This document shows, in pieces, positions 38,414 to 47,900 of a DNA stretch of 64,000 nucleotides. The notes beneath the pieces are model-generated. The model did not search any database, had not been told where the DNA came from, and was given only the letters and a program-made list of their open reading frames with translations. The stretch spans positions 11,397 to 75,396 of the forward strand of contig CAMMFF010000005.1 of assembly GCA_946496065.1 (NCBI GenBank). Reading direction: 5' to 3'. A program made the position numbers and the translations under genes. Positions within the stretch are counted from its first letter, which is position 1; each line of letters opens with the position of its first letter. The DNA comes from an uncultured Clostridia bacterium. GTDB taxonomy: Bacteria > Bacillota > Clostridia > Christensenellales > UBA1242.

Positions 38414-39097
38414 ATGGTTGTTAAAATTTGTGCGAACAAAAGCATTGAAGATGCCCAAATGTGTTTAGATGCAGGTGCAGATGTCATTGGATTGCTGGTT
38501 GGACAAAAACATAACAGTGTAGATTTCATAGACAAGTTCAAGGCAAAAGAGATTGCTGATTTTGTAGGTGGCAGGTGTGATGTTTCAATGGTGACACACC
38601 TAACCAATGCGGATGAAATTATTTCTTTGTCAAAGTTCATTGGAAACAATATCATTCAACTTCATTCTGATATTCCAGAAAAAGAAGTTGAAAAAATTGT
38701 TAAAGCATTGCCAGATGTTAAGTTGGTCAGACTTATTCATGTTTCCAAATCTGGAGAAGTTCTCACTGATATCTCAAAAATTAAATATGCTGATTATTTT
38801 CTGCTTGACAGTTTCAATCTGAAAACTGACCAAGTTGGTGGCACTGGATTGGTGCATGATTGGAATGCGAGCAGAGAGATTATCAAGTCTTTGAATAATC
38901 CATGTTTTCTTGCAGGTGGGTTGAATCCAGATAATGTCTGTGAAGCAATAAAAGAAACAGAACCATATGGAGTTGATGTCAACAGTGGCTGTAAGGCAAT
39001 AGATGCAAATGGAGAGGGTAAAAGGGATGCTTTCAAAGTGAAGCAGTTTGTTGAGAACGCAAAGAAATGTTGCAAAAATAAAACATATCAAAAATGA
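38414..39097 (+). CDS. trpF: phosphoribosylanthranilate isomerase
   Basis: KICANKSIEDA...GADVIGLL, IQLHSD, LLDS...GGTG...DW, FLAGGLNPDNV, GVDVNSGCK. AGGAG SD. Confidence 0.8.
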   Translation: MVVKICANKSIEDAQMCLDAGADVIGLLVGQKHNSVDFIDKFKAKEIADFVGGRCDVSMVTHLTNADEIISLSKFIGNNIIQLHSDIPEKEVEKIVKALPDVKLVRLIHVSKSGEVLTDISKIKYADYFLLDSFNLKTDQVGGTGLVHDWNASREIIKSLNNPCFLAGGLNPDNVCEAIKETEPYGVDVNSGCKAIDANGEGKRDAFKVKQFVENAKKCCKNKTYQK

Positions 39098-39108
39098 TAT
39101 GTTTTTTT
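39080..39108. terminator. bidirectional terminator
   Basis: AAACATATCA / TGATATGTTT stem with A-rich and T-rich flanks, between convergent genes. Confidence 0.65.
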
Positions 39109-39118
39109 GTTTGTTAAT

Positions 39119-39982
39119 TTAAATAATCAAAGTGCTTATTAAACAAAAGAATGCCACAAAGAATGCCATGTTGTCGAAATTGCTCTTTACGAAAGCAGAA
39201 AGCCCAACATAAACACAATAAATCAGTGCTCCAACTGAGAAAAGAATGTTTGTCAAGTTGAAAGAGAACAAAAGCACTGTGGCAATTTGCCCGATAATTA
39301 TTCCTATTGCAAGAAACATGAAGAAATAACTTAAAACATCATATGGATTGATTGTTTTTTTGATTATTAAAAGCAAGAACAATAGTGCACAGGCAAGGGC
39401 AACGCCGATTAAAAATCCATAAAATGTTTCCATGCCAATGTAAACACCAGCAAGCCCCAAACAAATCGAGGTCATCACCATTGCAACTGATTTCAAAAGA
39501 AGACCATTGCTGTTTAAAAAGTGGTGTTTTGATTCTTTTTTTCTTTTTTTCTTTTTTTCTTTTTTCTTCTTGTTTTCAGCATCAGAGAAGTTTTCTTCAG
39601 AAACATTTTCTTCCGAAATATTTTCAGTTACATTTTTTTCAATCTCTGTGATTTCTTCAATGTTTGTTTCTGTATTTTCTTCTGTTTTGATTGCTTTGGT
39701 CTTTAGATATTCTGACAAGTCAAACAAAGAGATGAATTGTGGAATGATTGCCAAAATAAGAAAGATTGTGTAGCCCGAAAAGTTGTTTTTGTAGTTCCCG
39801 GCAACCAAGCCCAAACAAACAAGCGCAATCAAAGACAATGTTTGCAACAAGAAATACAATGTCTTGTTCTTTTTAGAAAAACAGACACTGACAGCCAAGA
39901 TTGCTGCTGCAACAAACATACAAATTAGGGCGCCCATTAACATATTTTTATTATAAACAAAATTTTGTAAATTGTCCAACAA
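39119..39982 (-). CDS. polytopic membrane protein with a central acidic/lysine-rich loop
   Basis: Multiple hydrophobic helices on both sides of ...EENVSEENFSDAENKKKKEKKKKRKKE. The start is uncertain (TTG 39982 or ATG 39943). Confidence 0.55.
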   Translation of the reverse strand: MLDNLQNFVYNKNMLMGALICMFVAAAILAVSVCFSKKNKTLYFLLQTLSLIALVCLGLVAGNYKNNFSGYTIFLILAIIPQFISLFDLSEYLKTKAIKTEENTETNIEEITEIEKNVTENISEENVSEENFSDAENKKKKEKKKKRKKESKHHFLNSNGLLLKSVAMVMTSICLGLAGVYIGMETFYGFLIGVALACALLFLLLIIKKTINPYDVLSYFFMFLAIGIIIGQIATVLLFSFNLTNILFSVGALIYCVYVGLSAFVKSNFDNMAFFVAFFCLISTLII

Positions 39983-40023
39983 ATATATGATTTTCCATTT
40001 TTCTTAGGCTTATTTCACCATAG

Positions 40024-40058
40024 AAAAACAAAAAAATCACAGATTTTTCTGTGATTTT
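40024..40058 (-). terminator. terminator of the glnS-small ORF unit
   Basis: AAAATCACAG / CTGTGATTTT stem followed by a T-run on the minus strand. Confidence 0.6.
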
Positions 40059-40212
40059 ATTTTTTGAATGTCAAAATAACTCCAAAATTTGGTGTCCCAC
40101 AGGTTGAAACAAGTGAAAAACCTTGTTTTTCCATTTCATTGCATTTTTCTTCAATCAGTTTGGCTCTTTTTGAAATGCTTGAAGTTTTTTTGATAATTTC
40201 TGTTTTATACAT
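40057..40212 (-). CDS. unlisted 51-aa ORF (DUF4177-like in appearance)
   Basis: GGAG lies 7 nt upstream of ATG 40212, 14 nt after the glnS stop. Translation: MYKTEIIKKTSSISKRAKLIEEKCNEMEKQGFSLVSTCGTPNFGVILTFKK. Confidence 0.45.
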   Translation of the reverse strand: MYKTEIIKKTSSISKRAKLIEEKCNEMEKQGFSLVSTCGTPNFGVILTFKK

Positions 40213-40226
40213 TTTCCCTCTCCAAA

Positions 40227-41927
40227 TTAGTTTTGTTTTGGCATCTTGAAGCCATCTTTCAAGGATATTGTATAATTGAAAATCATGTTTTCTGGGGTGG
40301 AGTCTTTGTCAACGCAATAATAACCCTTTCTCATGAATTGGAATTTGTCTTCTGGTTTTGCATTTTTCAAGAAATTTTCTGCCAATGCAGTTCTTTCTGT
40401 GAGAGAATTTGGCTCCAGAAGTTCGTCAATTGAAACACCATCTGCAAGTGCTTTTGCAGGGCTTTTATATTCACTCTTAACAAGATTTTTGAATTCTCTG
40501 ACTGTAATTTTGAAGCAGTTGTCAGCAGAAACAAAGTGGATTGTGCCTTTGCATTTGATTCCAGAGTTGTCTTGTCCACTCTTAGTGCCAGGGATATATT
40601 CGCATTCCAAATGGTCAATTTCGTCATTTTCATCAAAGATAACTTTGTTACACTTGATGATGTAAGCACCTTTAAGACGAACAATTCCGCCTTCAACAAG
40701 ACGATTATATTTTGGTGGTGGATTCAAACTGAAATCTTCTTTTTCAATGTAGATTTCTTTGCTGAAACGAGCCTTATGTTTTCCTGCATTTTCATCGTTT
40801 GGATTGTTGTCAATTTCAATTTCTTCACTGCCCTCATAGTTTGTTATGACAACTTTCAATGGGTCAAGAACAGCCATTGCACGGGTGGCAATTTTGTTTA
40901 AATCTTCACGAACATAATATTCCAATGCTGAGAATGGAACAGTCACTTCAATTGTGCTTCCCCAGCCAACTGACTTGACAAAATCTTTGACAGCTTTTGC
41001 AGTGTATCCTCTTCTTCTTATTCCAACAAGGGTAGGGAATCTTGGGTCGTCCCAACCGCTGACAGCACCGCTGTTCACAAGTTGTTTCAGATATCTTTTC
41101 CCTGTCAAAACATTTTCAATGACAAGACGACTGAATTCCCTTTGCTTTGGAGCATATTTCTTGCCCCAACCATGTTCAACAAACCATTCATAGACAACTC
41201 TATGGTCTTGGAAACCTTTGTCACACAAACTATAGGTTGTTCCTTCAAGACAGTCTTCCATTGGGTGAACAAAGTCATATTGTGGCCAAATGCACCACTT
41301 GTCACCAACGCGATAGTGATGTTGTCTTGCAATTTTGTACATAACTGGGTCACGCATATTGATGTTAGGGTGTGCCATATCAATTTTTGCACGCAAAGTT
41401 TTGCTTCCGTCTGGATATTTTCCATCACGCATTTCTCTGAACAATTTCAAGTTTTCTTCTGGTGTTCTGTTGCGGTATGGACTTTCTTTTCCAGGTTCTG
41501 TCAGTGTTCCTCTTGTTGCAGAAATTTCTTCAGCAGAAAGGTCACAAACATACGCATTACCATTCATAATCATTTTTTCGGCAATTTTGTAGATGTCATC
41601 AAAATATGCTTCACTTGCATAAACAAGTGCTTCAGGTTTGAAACCAAGCCATTCAAGGTCAGCCATGTAACTGTCAGCAAATTCTCCATCTTCTTTTGTT
41701 GGGTTGGAGTCGTCCATACGCAAATATGTCTTTCCGCCAAACTTTTGTGCAGTTTCAAAGTTGATTGTCCAGGCTTTAACATGCCCAATATACCAATAAC
41801 CACTTGGCTCTGGTGGACAACGTGTTACAACTTCTTTTGTTCTTCCTGCTTTAATGTCAGCAATTATTTCCTCTTCCAATTCATTTTCTGGGATAATTTT
41901 GTCAATGTCAATATCTTTTAAACTCAT
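40227..41927 (-). CDS. glnS: glutamine--tRNA ligase
   Basis: PEPSGYWYIGHVKA (HIGH region); FSRLVIENVLTGKRYL aligns to the GlnRS VMSKR region; 566 aa. Confidence 0.85.
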   Translation of the reverse strand: MSLKDIDIDKIIPENELEEEIIADIKAGRTKEVVTRCPPEPSGYWYIGHVKAWTINFETAQKFGGKTYLRMDDSNPTKEDGEFADSYMADLEWLGFKPEALVYASEAYFDDIYKIAEKMIMNGNAYVCDLSAEEISATRGTLTEPGKESPYRNRTPEENLKLFREMRDGKYPDGSKTLRAKIDMAHPNINMRDPVMYKIARQHHYRVGDKWCIWPQYDFVHPMEDCLEGTTYSLCDKGFQDHRVVYEWFVEHGWGKKYAPKQREFSRLVIENVLTGKRYLKQLVNSGAVSGWDDPRFPTLVGIRRRGYTAKAVKDFVKSVGWGSTIEVTVPFSALEYYVREDLNKIATRAMAVLDPLKVVITNYEGSEEIEIDNNPNDENAGKHKARFSKEIYIEKEDFSLNPPPKYNRLVEGGIVRLKGAYIIKCNKVIFDENDEIDHLECEYIPGTKSGQDNSGIKCKGTIHFVSADNCFKITVREFKNLVKSEYKSPAKALADGVSIDELLEPNSLTERTALAENFLKNAKPEDKFQFMRKGYYCVDKDSTPENMIFNYTISLKDGFKMPKQN

Positions 41928-42009
41928 TTATTTCTCCTAATAGTCATATTTTAAGCGGTTTTTTGCCCAAAAGTCAAGTGAATAGTAAGGAGTAGGTCAT
42001 TTTTTGAAT

Positions 42010-42039
42010 AGATAAAAATAAAAACCGCTATAAGCGGTT
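42010..42039 (-). terminator. terminator after sigH
   Basis: AACCGCT / AGCGGTT stem followed by TTTTATTTTTA on the minus strand. Confidence 0.55.
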
Positions 42040-42649
42040 ATAAATGGTTCAATTTTTCTCTCAATTTTGTTTTTATTCGTGTCAAACTGTTGTCAATGCT
42101 TTTGCTATTGATTCCCAAAACATTGGAAATTTCTTTGTAGGAATAACCTTTCAGATAAAGTTGCAAGACCTTGTATTCCATTTCTGACAAACAGGATTTG
42201 ATTGTTTGTTTTAGATTTTGATAATTTTCTTTGTCTATGACTTTTTCCGCCGGGGTCGTGTCAGATACAAGTTCTATCGGCAAAAAATCAATGTTTTCTG
42301 ATGATTTTCCATCTTGAAAACTTTGAAAAGAAATTGCCGACGACAAAAGTTTGTTTTTGTTTGTGTTTGCTCTTTTGATTGCAGTTTGAATTTGATGTTT
42401 GATGCAAATTATGGCAAAAGTCTTGAAAGTTGTTTCTTTGTGTCCGCTGTAGCCTTTTATCGCTTTGTAAAGACCAATCATGCCTTCTTGCACCAAATCT
42501 TCCAAATCTCCGCCGACAATGAAATATCCACGACTGATTTTAGTGACCAAATCTTTATATCTTGCAAAGATTTCATTCTCAGCCTTATCATCTCCATTTT
42601 TGATCCTTTCCAACAATTCTTCGTCTGTCAGTTTTTTTATATCTGTCAA
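42038..42649 (-). CDS. sigH: RNA polymerase sigma factor SigH-like
   Basis: DLEDLVQEGMIGLYKAIKGY...FKTFAIICIKHQIQTAIK and a C-terminal YKEISNVLGINSKSIDNSLTRIKTKL. mrnC-rlmB-sigH synteny as in Bacillus. Confidence 0.85.
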   Translation of the reverse strand: MTDIKKLTDEELLERIKNGDDKAENEIFARYKDLVTKISRGYFIVGGDLEDLVQEGMIGLYKAIKGYSGHKETTFKTFAIICIKHQIQTAIKRANTNKNKLLSSAISFQSFQDGKSSENIDFLPIELVSDTTPAEKVIDKENYQNLKQTIKSCLSEMEYKVLQLYLKGYSYKEISNVLGINSKSIDNSLTRIKTKLREKLNHL

Positions 42650-42660
42650 AGTTCTTCCTT

Positions 42661-43383
42661 TTAATTTTCTCTTTGTCTCAAAACTTCATAAACAACAAGT
42701 GCGGTTGCCACACTTGCGTTTAAGGAATTGACACTCCCTTTCAGCGGAAGGGTGACAATTCCGTCGCAATATTTTCTTATTGATTGTTTGACTCCGTTGC
42801 CTTCACTTCCAATGACAACTCCAATAGGTCCTGTTAAGTTTTGTTTGTAGATGTTTTTTCCACCAGTTTCTGAAACATAAATCCAAAGGCCGGCATCTTT
42901 AAGTTTGTCAATGGCTTCCTTAAGATTTGTAACTCGGCAAATTCTCATGTTTGAAATCGCACCAGCACTTGTTCTGACAACTGTCTCATTAACTTGACAG
43001 GCTCTAACTTTTGGAATGATGATTCCGTCAACCCCGGCACACTCACAAGTTCTTATGATTGCACCAAGGTTGTGTGGGTCTTCAATTCCGTCAAGCAAAA
43101 CAACAAAAGCATCATGTCCTTGAGTTTTTGCATGATTCAATATGTCTTCAATGCTGCAATACTCAAAATCTACAGTTTCTGCTATGTATCCCTGATGATG
43201 ACCTGTTCCACTTATGCTGTCCATTGCTTTTTTAGGCATAAATTCCACACGCAGTTTTCCTTTTTTTGCAAGAGAAATGACATCATCTTTTCTTGTCATA
43301 TAATTTTTATCGACAATGATTTTGTTGATTGTGACATCATTTTTAATTGCTTCAATGACTTGGTTTTTACCTTCAATTTTCAT
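42661..43383 (-). CDS. rlmB: 23S rRNA 2'-O-methyltransferase, TrmH/SpoU family (RlmB)
   Basis: N-terminal substrate-binding domain plus SpoU motifs (DPHNLGAIIRT, VVIGSEGNG, PLKGSVNSLNAS). Confidence 0.85.
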   Translation of the reverse strand: MKIEGKNQVIEAIKNDVTINKIIVDKNYMTRKDDVISLAKKGKLRVEFMPKKAMDSISGTGHHQGYIAETVDFEYCSIEDILNHAKTQGHDAFVVLLDGIEDPHNLGAIIRTCECAGVDGIIIPKVRACQVNETVVRTSAGAISNMRICRVTNLKEAIDKLKDAGLWIYVSETGGKNIYKQNLTGPIGVVIGSEGNGVKQSIRKYCDGIVTLPLKGSVNSLNASVATALVVYEVLRQREN

Positions 43384-43765
43384 CTTTTACCTCATTTTCT
43401 TGAACTGACAGCATCAAAATTTCCTTTAGTCTGTCCTTTTTGTTGTTCAGATACAAATATCCAACAAGTGATTCAAAAGCGGTGGCTTTTTTGTAAGTCT
43501 CTTCATCAAAATTCTTTGCAGAGTGCTTGCTTTTGCAATTTCTCGCTTTTCTCACAATGTCTTTTTCATCATCAGAAAGAATAGGTTGCAATTTTTCAAG
43601 AGTTTCTTGTTGCTTTTTTGCATTGCAGAATTTTTTTGCAAGATTGTGATAGTTGTTTATTTTGTTGAGATTTCCCTTCAAAACTTCCTCTCTGACAAAA
43701 GCAGTGTGCACTGCATCTCCCATAAAAGCCAAAGCAAGAGGGGACAATTGGTCAATTTTACTCAT
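43373..43765 (-). CDS. mrnC: mini-ribonuclease III
   Basis: LAFMGDAVHTAFVRE RNase III signature; 130 aa; located upstream of rlmB. Confidence 0.8.
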   Translation of the reverse strand: MSKIDQLSPLALAFMGDAVHTAFVREEVLKGNLNKINNYHNLAKKFCNAKKQQETLEKLQPILSDDEKDIVRKARNCKSKHSAKNFDEETYKKATAFESLVGYLYLNNKKDRLKEILMLSVQENEVKDEN

Positions 43766-43788
43766 AATTTTCCCTTAAACTGGTTTGA

Positions 43789-44883
43789 TTAGTTGTTAAA
43801 ACGGAATAAGATCACATCGCCATCTTGAACAACATAATCTTTTCCTTCCATTCTGACTTTTCCTTTTTCTTTTGCTTTTAAAAAACTGCCTGCTTCAACA
43901 AGGTCGTCATAACTTACAACTTCTGCTTTGATGAATCCTTTTTCGAAGTCTGTGTGAATTTTTCCAGCGGCGGCAGGAGCTTTTGTTCCCTTAACAATTG
44001 TCCAAGCACGAACTTCTTTTTCACCAGCAGTCAAATAACTTTGAAGTCCAAGCAAATCATAACTTGCCACAACAAGTTTTTCAAGACCGCTTTCTTTGAT
44101 TCCTAGTTCTTCTTTGAACAAATCTCTTTCATCTTTGTCAAGTCCAACGATTTCTTCTTCAATTTTTGCAGAGAGAACGACAACTTTTGCACCTTCTTCC
44201 TTTGCAATTTCTTTGACTTGTTTGACATAATCGCAATCAGGTTTTCCAATGTCGTTCTCGCTGATATTGGCAACATAGATGACTGGTTTTGCTGTCAAAA
44301 GAGAAAAATTTTTCAGAAGTTTTTTCTCTTCATCTGAATATTCCAAAATTCTTGCTTGTTTTCCAACTTCCAATGCTTCTTTGATTTTTGTCAACATATC
44401 AACTGTCAAAATCAAAGATTTGTCGCCAGTGGTTTTGACAAGTTTTGCATTCTTTTCCAAGATTTTGTTGACTTGTTCGAGATCAGAAAGTGCAAGTTCC
44501 ATTTCAATTGTCTCAATGTCACGTTTTGGGTCAATGCTTCCATTCACATGAATGATTTTGTCGTTGTCAAAACATCTCACAACATGAACGATTGCGTCAA
44601 CTTCACGAATGTGACTCAAGAATTTGTTTCCAAGACCTTCTCCGTGACTTGCTCCGGCAACAAGTCCTGCAATATCAACAAACTCAATGCTTGCAGGAGT
44701 GATTTTTTGTGTGTGATACATTTCTCCCAAAACCTGCAATCTTTTGTCTGGAACGTCAACAATTCCAATGTTTGGTTCGATAGTGCAAAAAGGATAGTTG
44801 GCACTTTCAGCGCCAGCTTCTGTGATTGCATTAAAAAGTGAACTTTTGCCAACATTTGGCAAACCTACAACACCAATTTTCAT
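43789..44883 (-). CDS. ychF: ribosome-binding ATPase YchF
   Basis: MKIGVVGLPNVGKSSLFNAIT P-loop and a C-terminal TGS-like domain. Confidence 0.95.
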   Translation of the reverse strand: MKIGVVGLPNVGKSSLFNAITEAGAESANYPFCTIEPNIGIVDVPDKRLQVLGEMYHTQKITPASIEFVDIAGLVAGASHGEGLGNKFLSHIREVDAIVHVVRCFDNDKIIHVNGSIDPKRDIETIEMELALSDLEQVNKILEKNAKLVKTTGDKSLILTVDMLTKIKEALEVGKQARILEYSDEEKKLLKNFSLLTAKPVIYVANISENDIGKPDCDYVKQVKEIAKEEGAKVVVLSAKIEEEIVGLDKDERDLFKEELGIKESGLEKLVVASYDLLGLQSYLTAGEKEVRAWTIVKGTKAPAAAGKIHTDFEKGFIKAEVVSYDDLVEAGSFLKAKEKGKVRMEGKDYVVQDGDVILFRFNN

Positions 44884-44949
44884 AAATTCTCCATAATAAT
44901 TTGGAGAGATGGGTCATTCCACCTCTCCTTGATAATTTCAATTTTCAGT

Positions 44950-47900
44950 TTATCCGCCAGCTTCACGACCTCGACCAGCTCCGCCAGCTTCACGACCTCT
45001 TCCCCTTTCAGATCTTCTCCTTCTTTCTTCTTCAGACAATTCTTCTCCCTCTGTTTCGTGTTCTTCTTCTGATGGAAGTTCTCCAAGAGAATAATCTTCC
45101 ATAATGGCATCACTTCCAGTGGCGTGCTTTCTTCTTTCGTTAGCCTCATCGACATTTCTATCAAATTCATCTTTTCTTCTTTGAAGATCTTGTTCTTCAT
45201 TTTCTAATCGACGGATTTCTTCGTCCCTTGCAGATCTTTGTTCATCAACTTCTCTACTTCTTCCGTCTAAGATTCCTTGTGCTTCTTCCTTCTCTCTTGT
45301 TAAAGTCTCAATTCTTGAACCATATTCTGCAATTTCTCTTTCATATCCTTCAACAGTCTTTCCTTTCTTTTTCTTCATTTTAGCACGAAGTTTTTTAAGT
45401 TTTTCAAGTTCCTCAGGGGAAAGAGATCCTTCATCTCTAGCTTCAAGAGCATCTAATTCAGCCTTATCTCTTTCGAATTCTTCTTTTTCTTCAGTCAATT
45501 CGGACATTTTTGTTGTTGCTGCATTAAGCTCTTTTTCTTTGTTTTCGTTAGTTTTTTGCAAAGCAGAAAGATCGGCATCTTCGGCTTTTTGAATTTGTTC
45601 GTCTCTTTTTCTTCTTGATTCAATCACTTCTTTTGAAAGAGCAATTTGTTTTTCCAGTTTTGCTGATTGAATATTCAATTCTTGATTTGAAACATCAATC
45701 TGAAGTCGCTCAACTTCAACACGAGCCGAGTTGATTTCTTTGTCTATTTTTTCTAGTTTTTTACGACGTTGAGATTCAGATAAGGTTGGATCAGTTTCAA
45801 TTCTACGACGTTGCTCATTTAAGTAATTCAATTTATTTCTTTGCTTAACCAAATCACCTTTCGTTTTTGTGAGTCCCTGTTGCAACTCTTTTTCTTTGTC
45901 TTTGCCAGGTTTGTATGTGTGTTGTTTTTTATATCTTCTTTCTTTGTTTGCTTTATGAACACTGACAATCCATGGGCGAACCTCGTTGACAATTGCTGCA
46001 CCTGCAAAAACTATTGATCCGATTGCAAGCCAAGGTACCAATATTGACATTAAAGTGCATAGAGCAAATAATCCTATCAACATGTTTCTGACACCATTCT
46101 TTTTTGGAGGTTTGATTGGGTCAAGTTTTTCTTTCCAATCAATAGGCTTGATAGGTTCTTCCGGTTCAGGATCTTCAGGAGGAGGTGGATTTCCTCCTCC
46201 GCCACCTCCTCTATCAATTATAGTTGTTGTTCTTTCTCTATCAACAACAGGTGGGTCCATAAGAGTTGGTGATCTAGAAATCAAATGCTCTTCTTCTCTT
46301 TCTCTAGGTTTTCTCGTAAGAATAGCTATGTCACCATAAGATAACACAGTTGCCTTCCTTTCTTTTGGTCTTGGATAAATGAGATAATTTTCATCACCAA
46401 CTTTTCGCTCTGCGCCATCAAATAAAGGTTTAGTTTTTTCTTCTTCCTCTATTCTTTCGTTAAATTCTTTCTCTAAGATATCGGTTTTTAGAGATCTCAA
46501 GATTTCTGAATTTTCATCATAGTTTATATCAATATTAATACGAACTACATCTTTTCCATCTTTTAGTCCCAGATATAAAGATGGATTTTCAATTGAATCT
46601 AAAGTTGAAGATGCGCTTTCTTCAAGATGAGCAATATCGATTTCATAAAATTTAGGAATTTTTGCAGATTTTACGCTTTCACCTGTGATATGAAGATAAG
46701 CATATGATTTCCCTTCTCTGTCAATTCTTATGTTCAGATATTCAGGAGATGTTGAGCCATCTTCATTTTTTACTTTGATTGGGACAGAATATAATTTTTC
46801 TTCTGGAGAAGAAGAACCTTCAGGCAAAGTTACACTGACAATTTTGTCAGGTTCAGTGGATTTGTTTCTTTCAAGTTGAATTCTTGAAATCAAAAGAGCC
46901 TCATAACTTACTCCAAATCTATCGTATGAACAAGTTTTTTCAATATCGCTCTTTTCTGTTTCTGGCTTTAGAACTGTTGATAAGAAATCGGTTGTAACTC
47001 CAATATTGAATGGATTTTCTTCGTTTTTGACCATTCCAAAATGTTTGTTTTTGTCAACAATTTGACAACCGAGAGCAGAAAATAGAACTGCAAATTCAGA
47101 TCCTGCACCTCTAATTTGCACATCACTGATATTCAAATCTTGTGACAATTTGAGTTTGTCAACTTCATAAACAACATAATCCCCATCAGCAGAACCATCT
47201 GGAATTTCCACTTCTGGATTTTTAGCACGAAAATCATCAATAAATTCTTTTGAAACTTTAAATTGGATGGTCGGAATTTCTCTTCCTTCTTCTGTTTTTG
47301 TTCCCTTTGTGAAAATAGCCACGGGAGCAGATTTATCTTCCGATGTAACCATCAAAAGAGCATCTTTGAGGATTGTTGCACCAGAGCTGGTATAAGATGT
47401 TGAATCAAATAATGTTATTTTTTGAGCACTGCTTAATCCTAATTTTTTAGCTTCAATTTCTTGACTGAAACCGGTTATTGATTCCTCTCCAATTGTTAAT
47501 GTTTGAGATTCTAATGCCTGCCCAGTCCTTTTTGCTCTTACAAGTTTGTCTTCTTCAGACAATTCTCCTGTTAGAGGCATTTCTGGATTTAAACTTTCAT
47601 CAAATGCCGGGTTACTAACTCTTGGACAATCATAAACTTCTATTTCGGTATGTCTTATGTTCGTGTGTGCAAGAAGAGCATTCAAATCAGTTAATAACTG
47701 TTCATTTCTTTCCTTTGGAATTGGAAAGTTAACACTACGCTTTCTGCCATTTACTTCAAGTTCTAAAGAAAGAATTTCCTTATCTTCAACTGTAACAAAA
47801 GAAGCAGAAAAAATTTGACAGGTTGTGCTTTTGTTCCTATCTGTTTCGTCAAATCCCTTAATGTTTAAATAAAGATTTTCACCTTGTTGAATTAAAACCA

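Noticed and set aside
41082-41921. 279-aa plus-strand ORF inside glnS
   Set aside because: It is antisense to glnS. The same reasoning applies to 50931-51950 (antisense to secA), 27602-28063 (antisense to metG), 16537-17085 (antisense to the Big_2 gene) and 42994-43584 (antisense to rlmB/mrnC).
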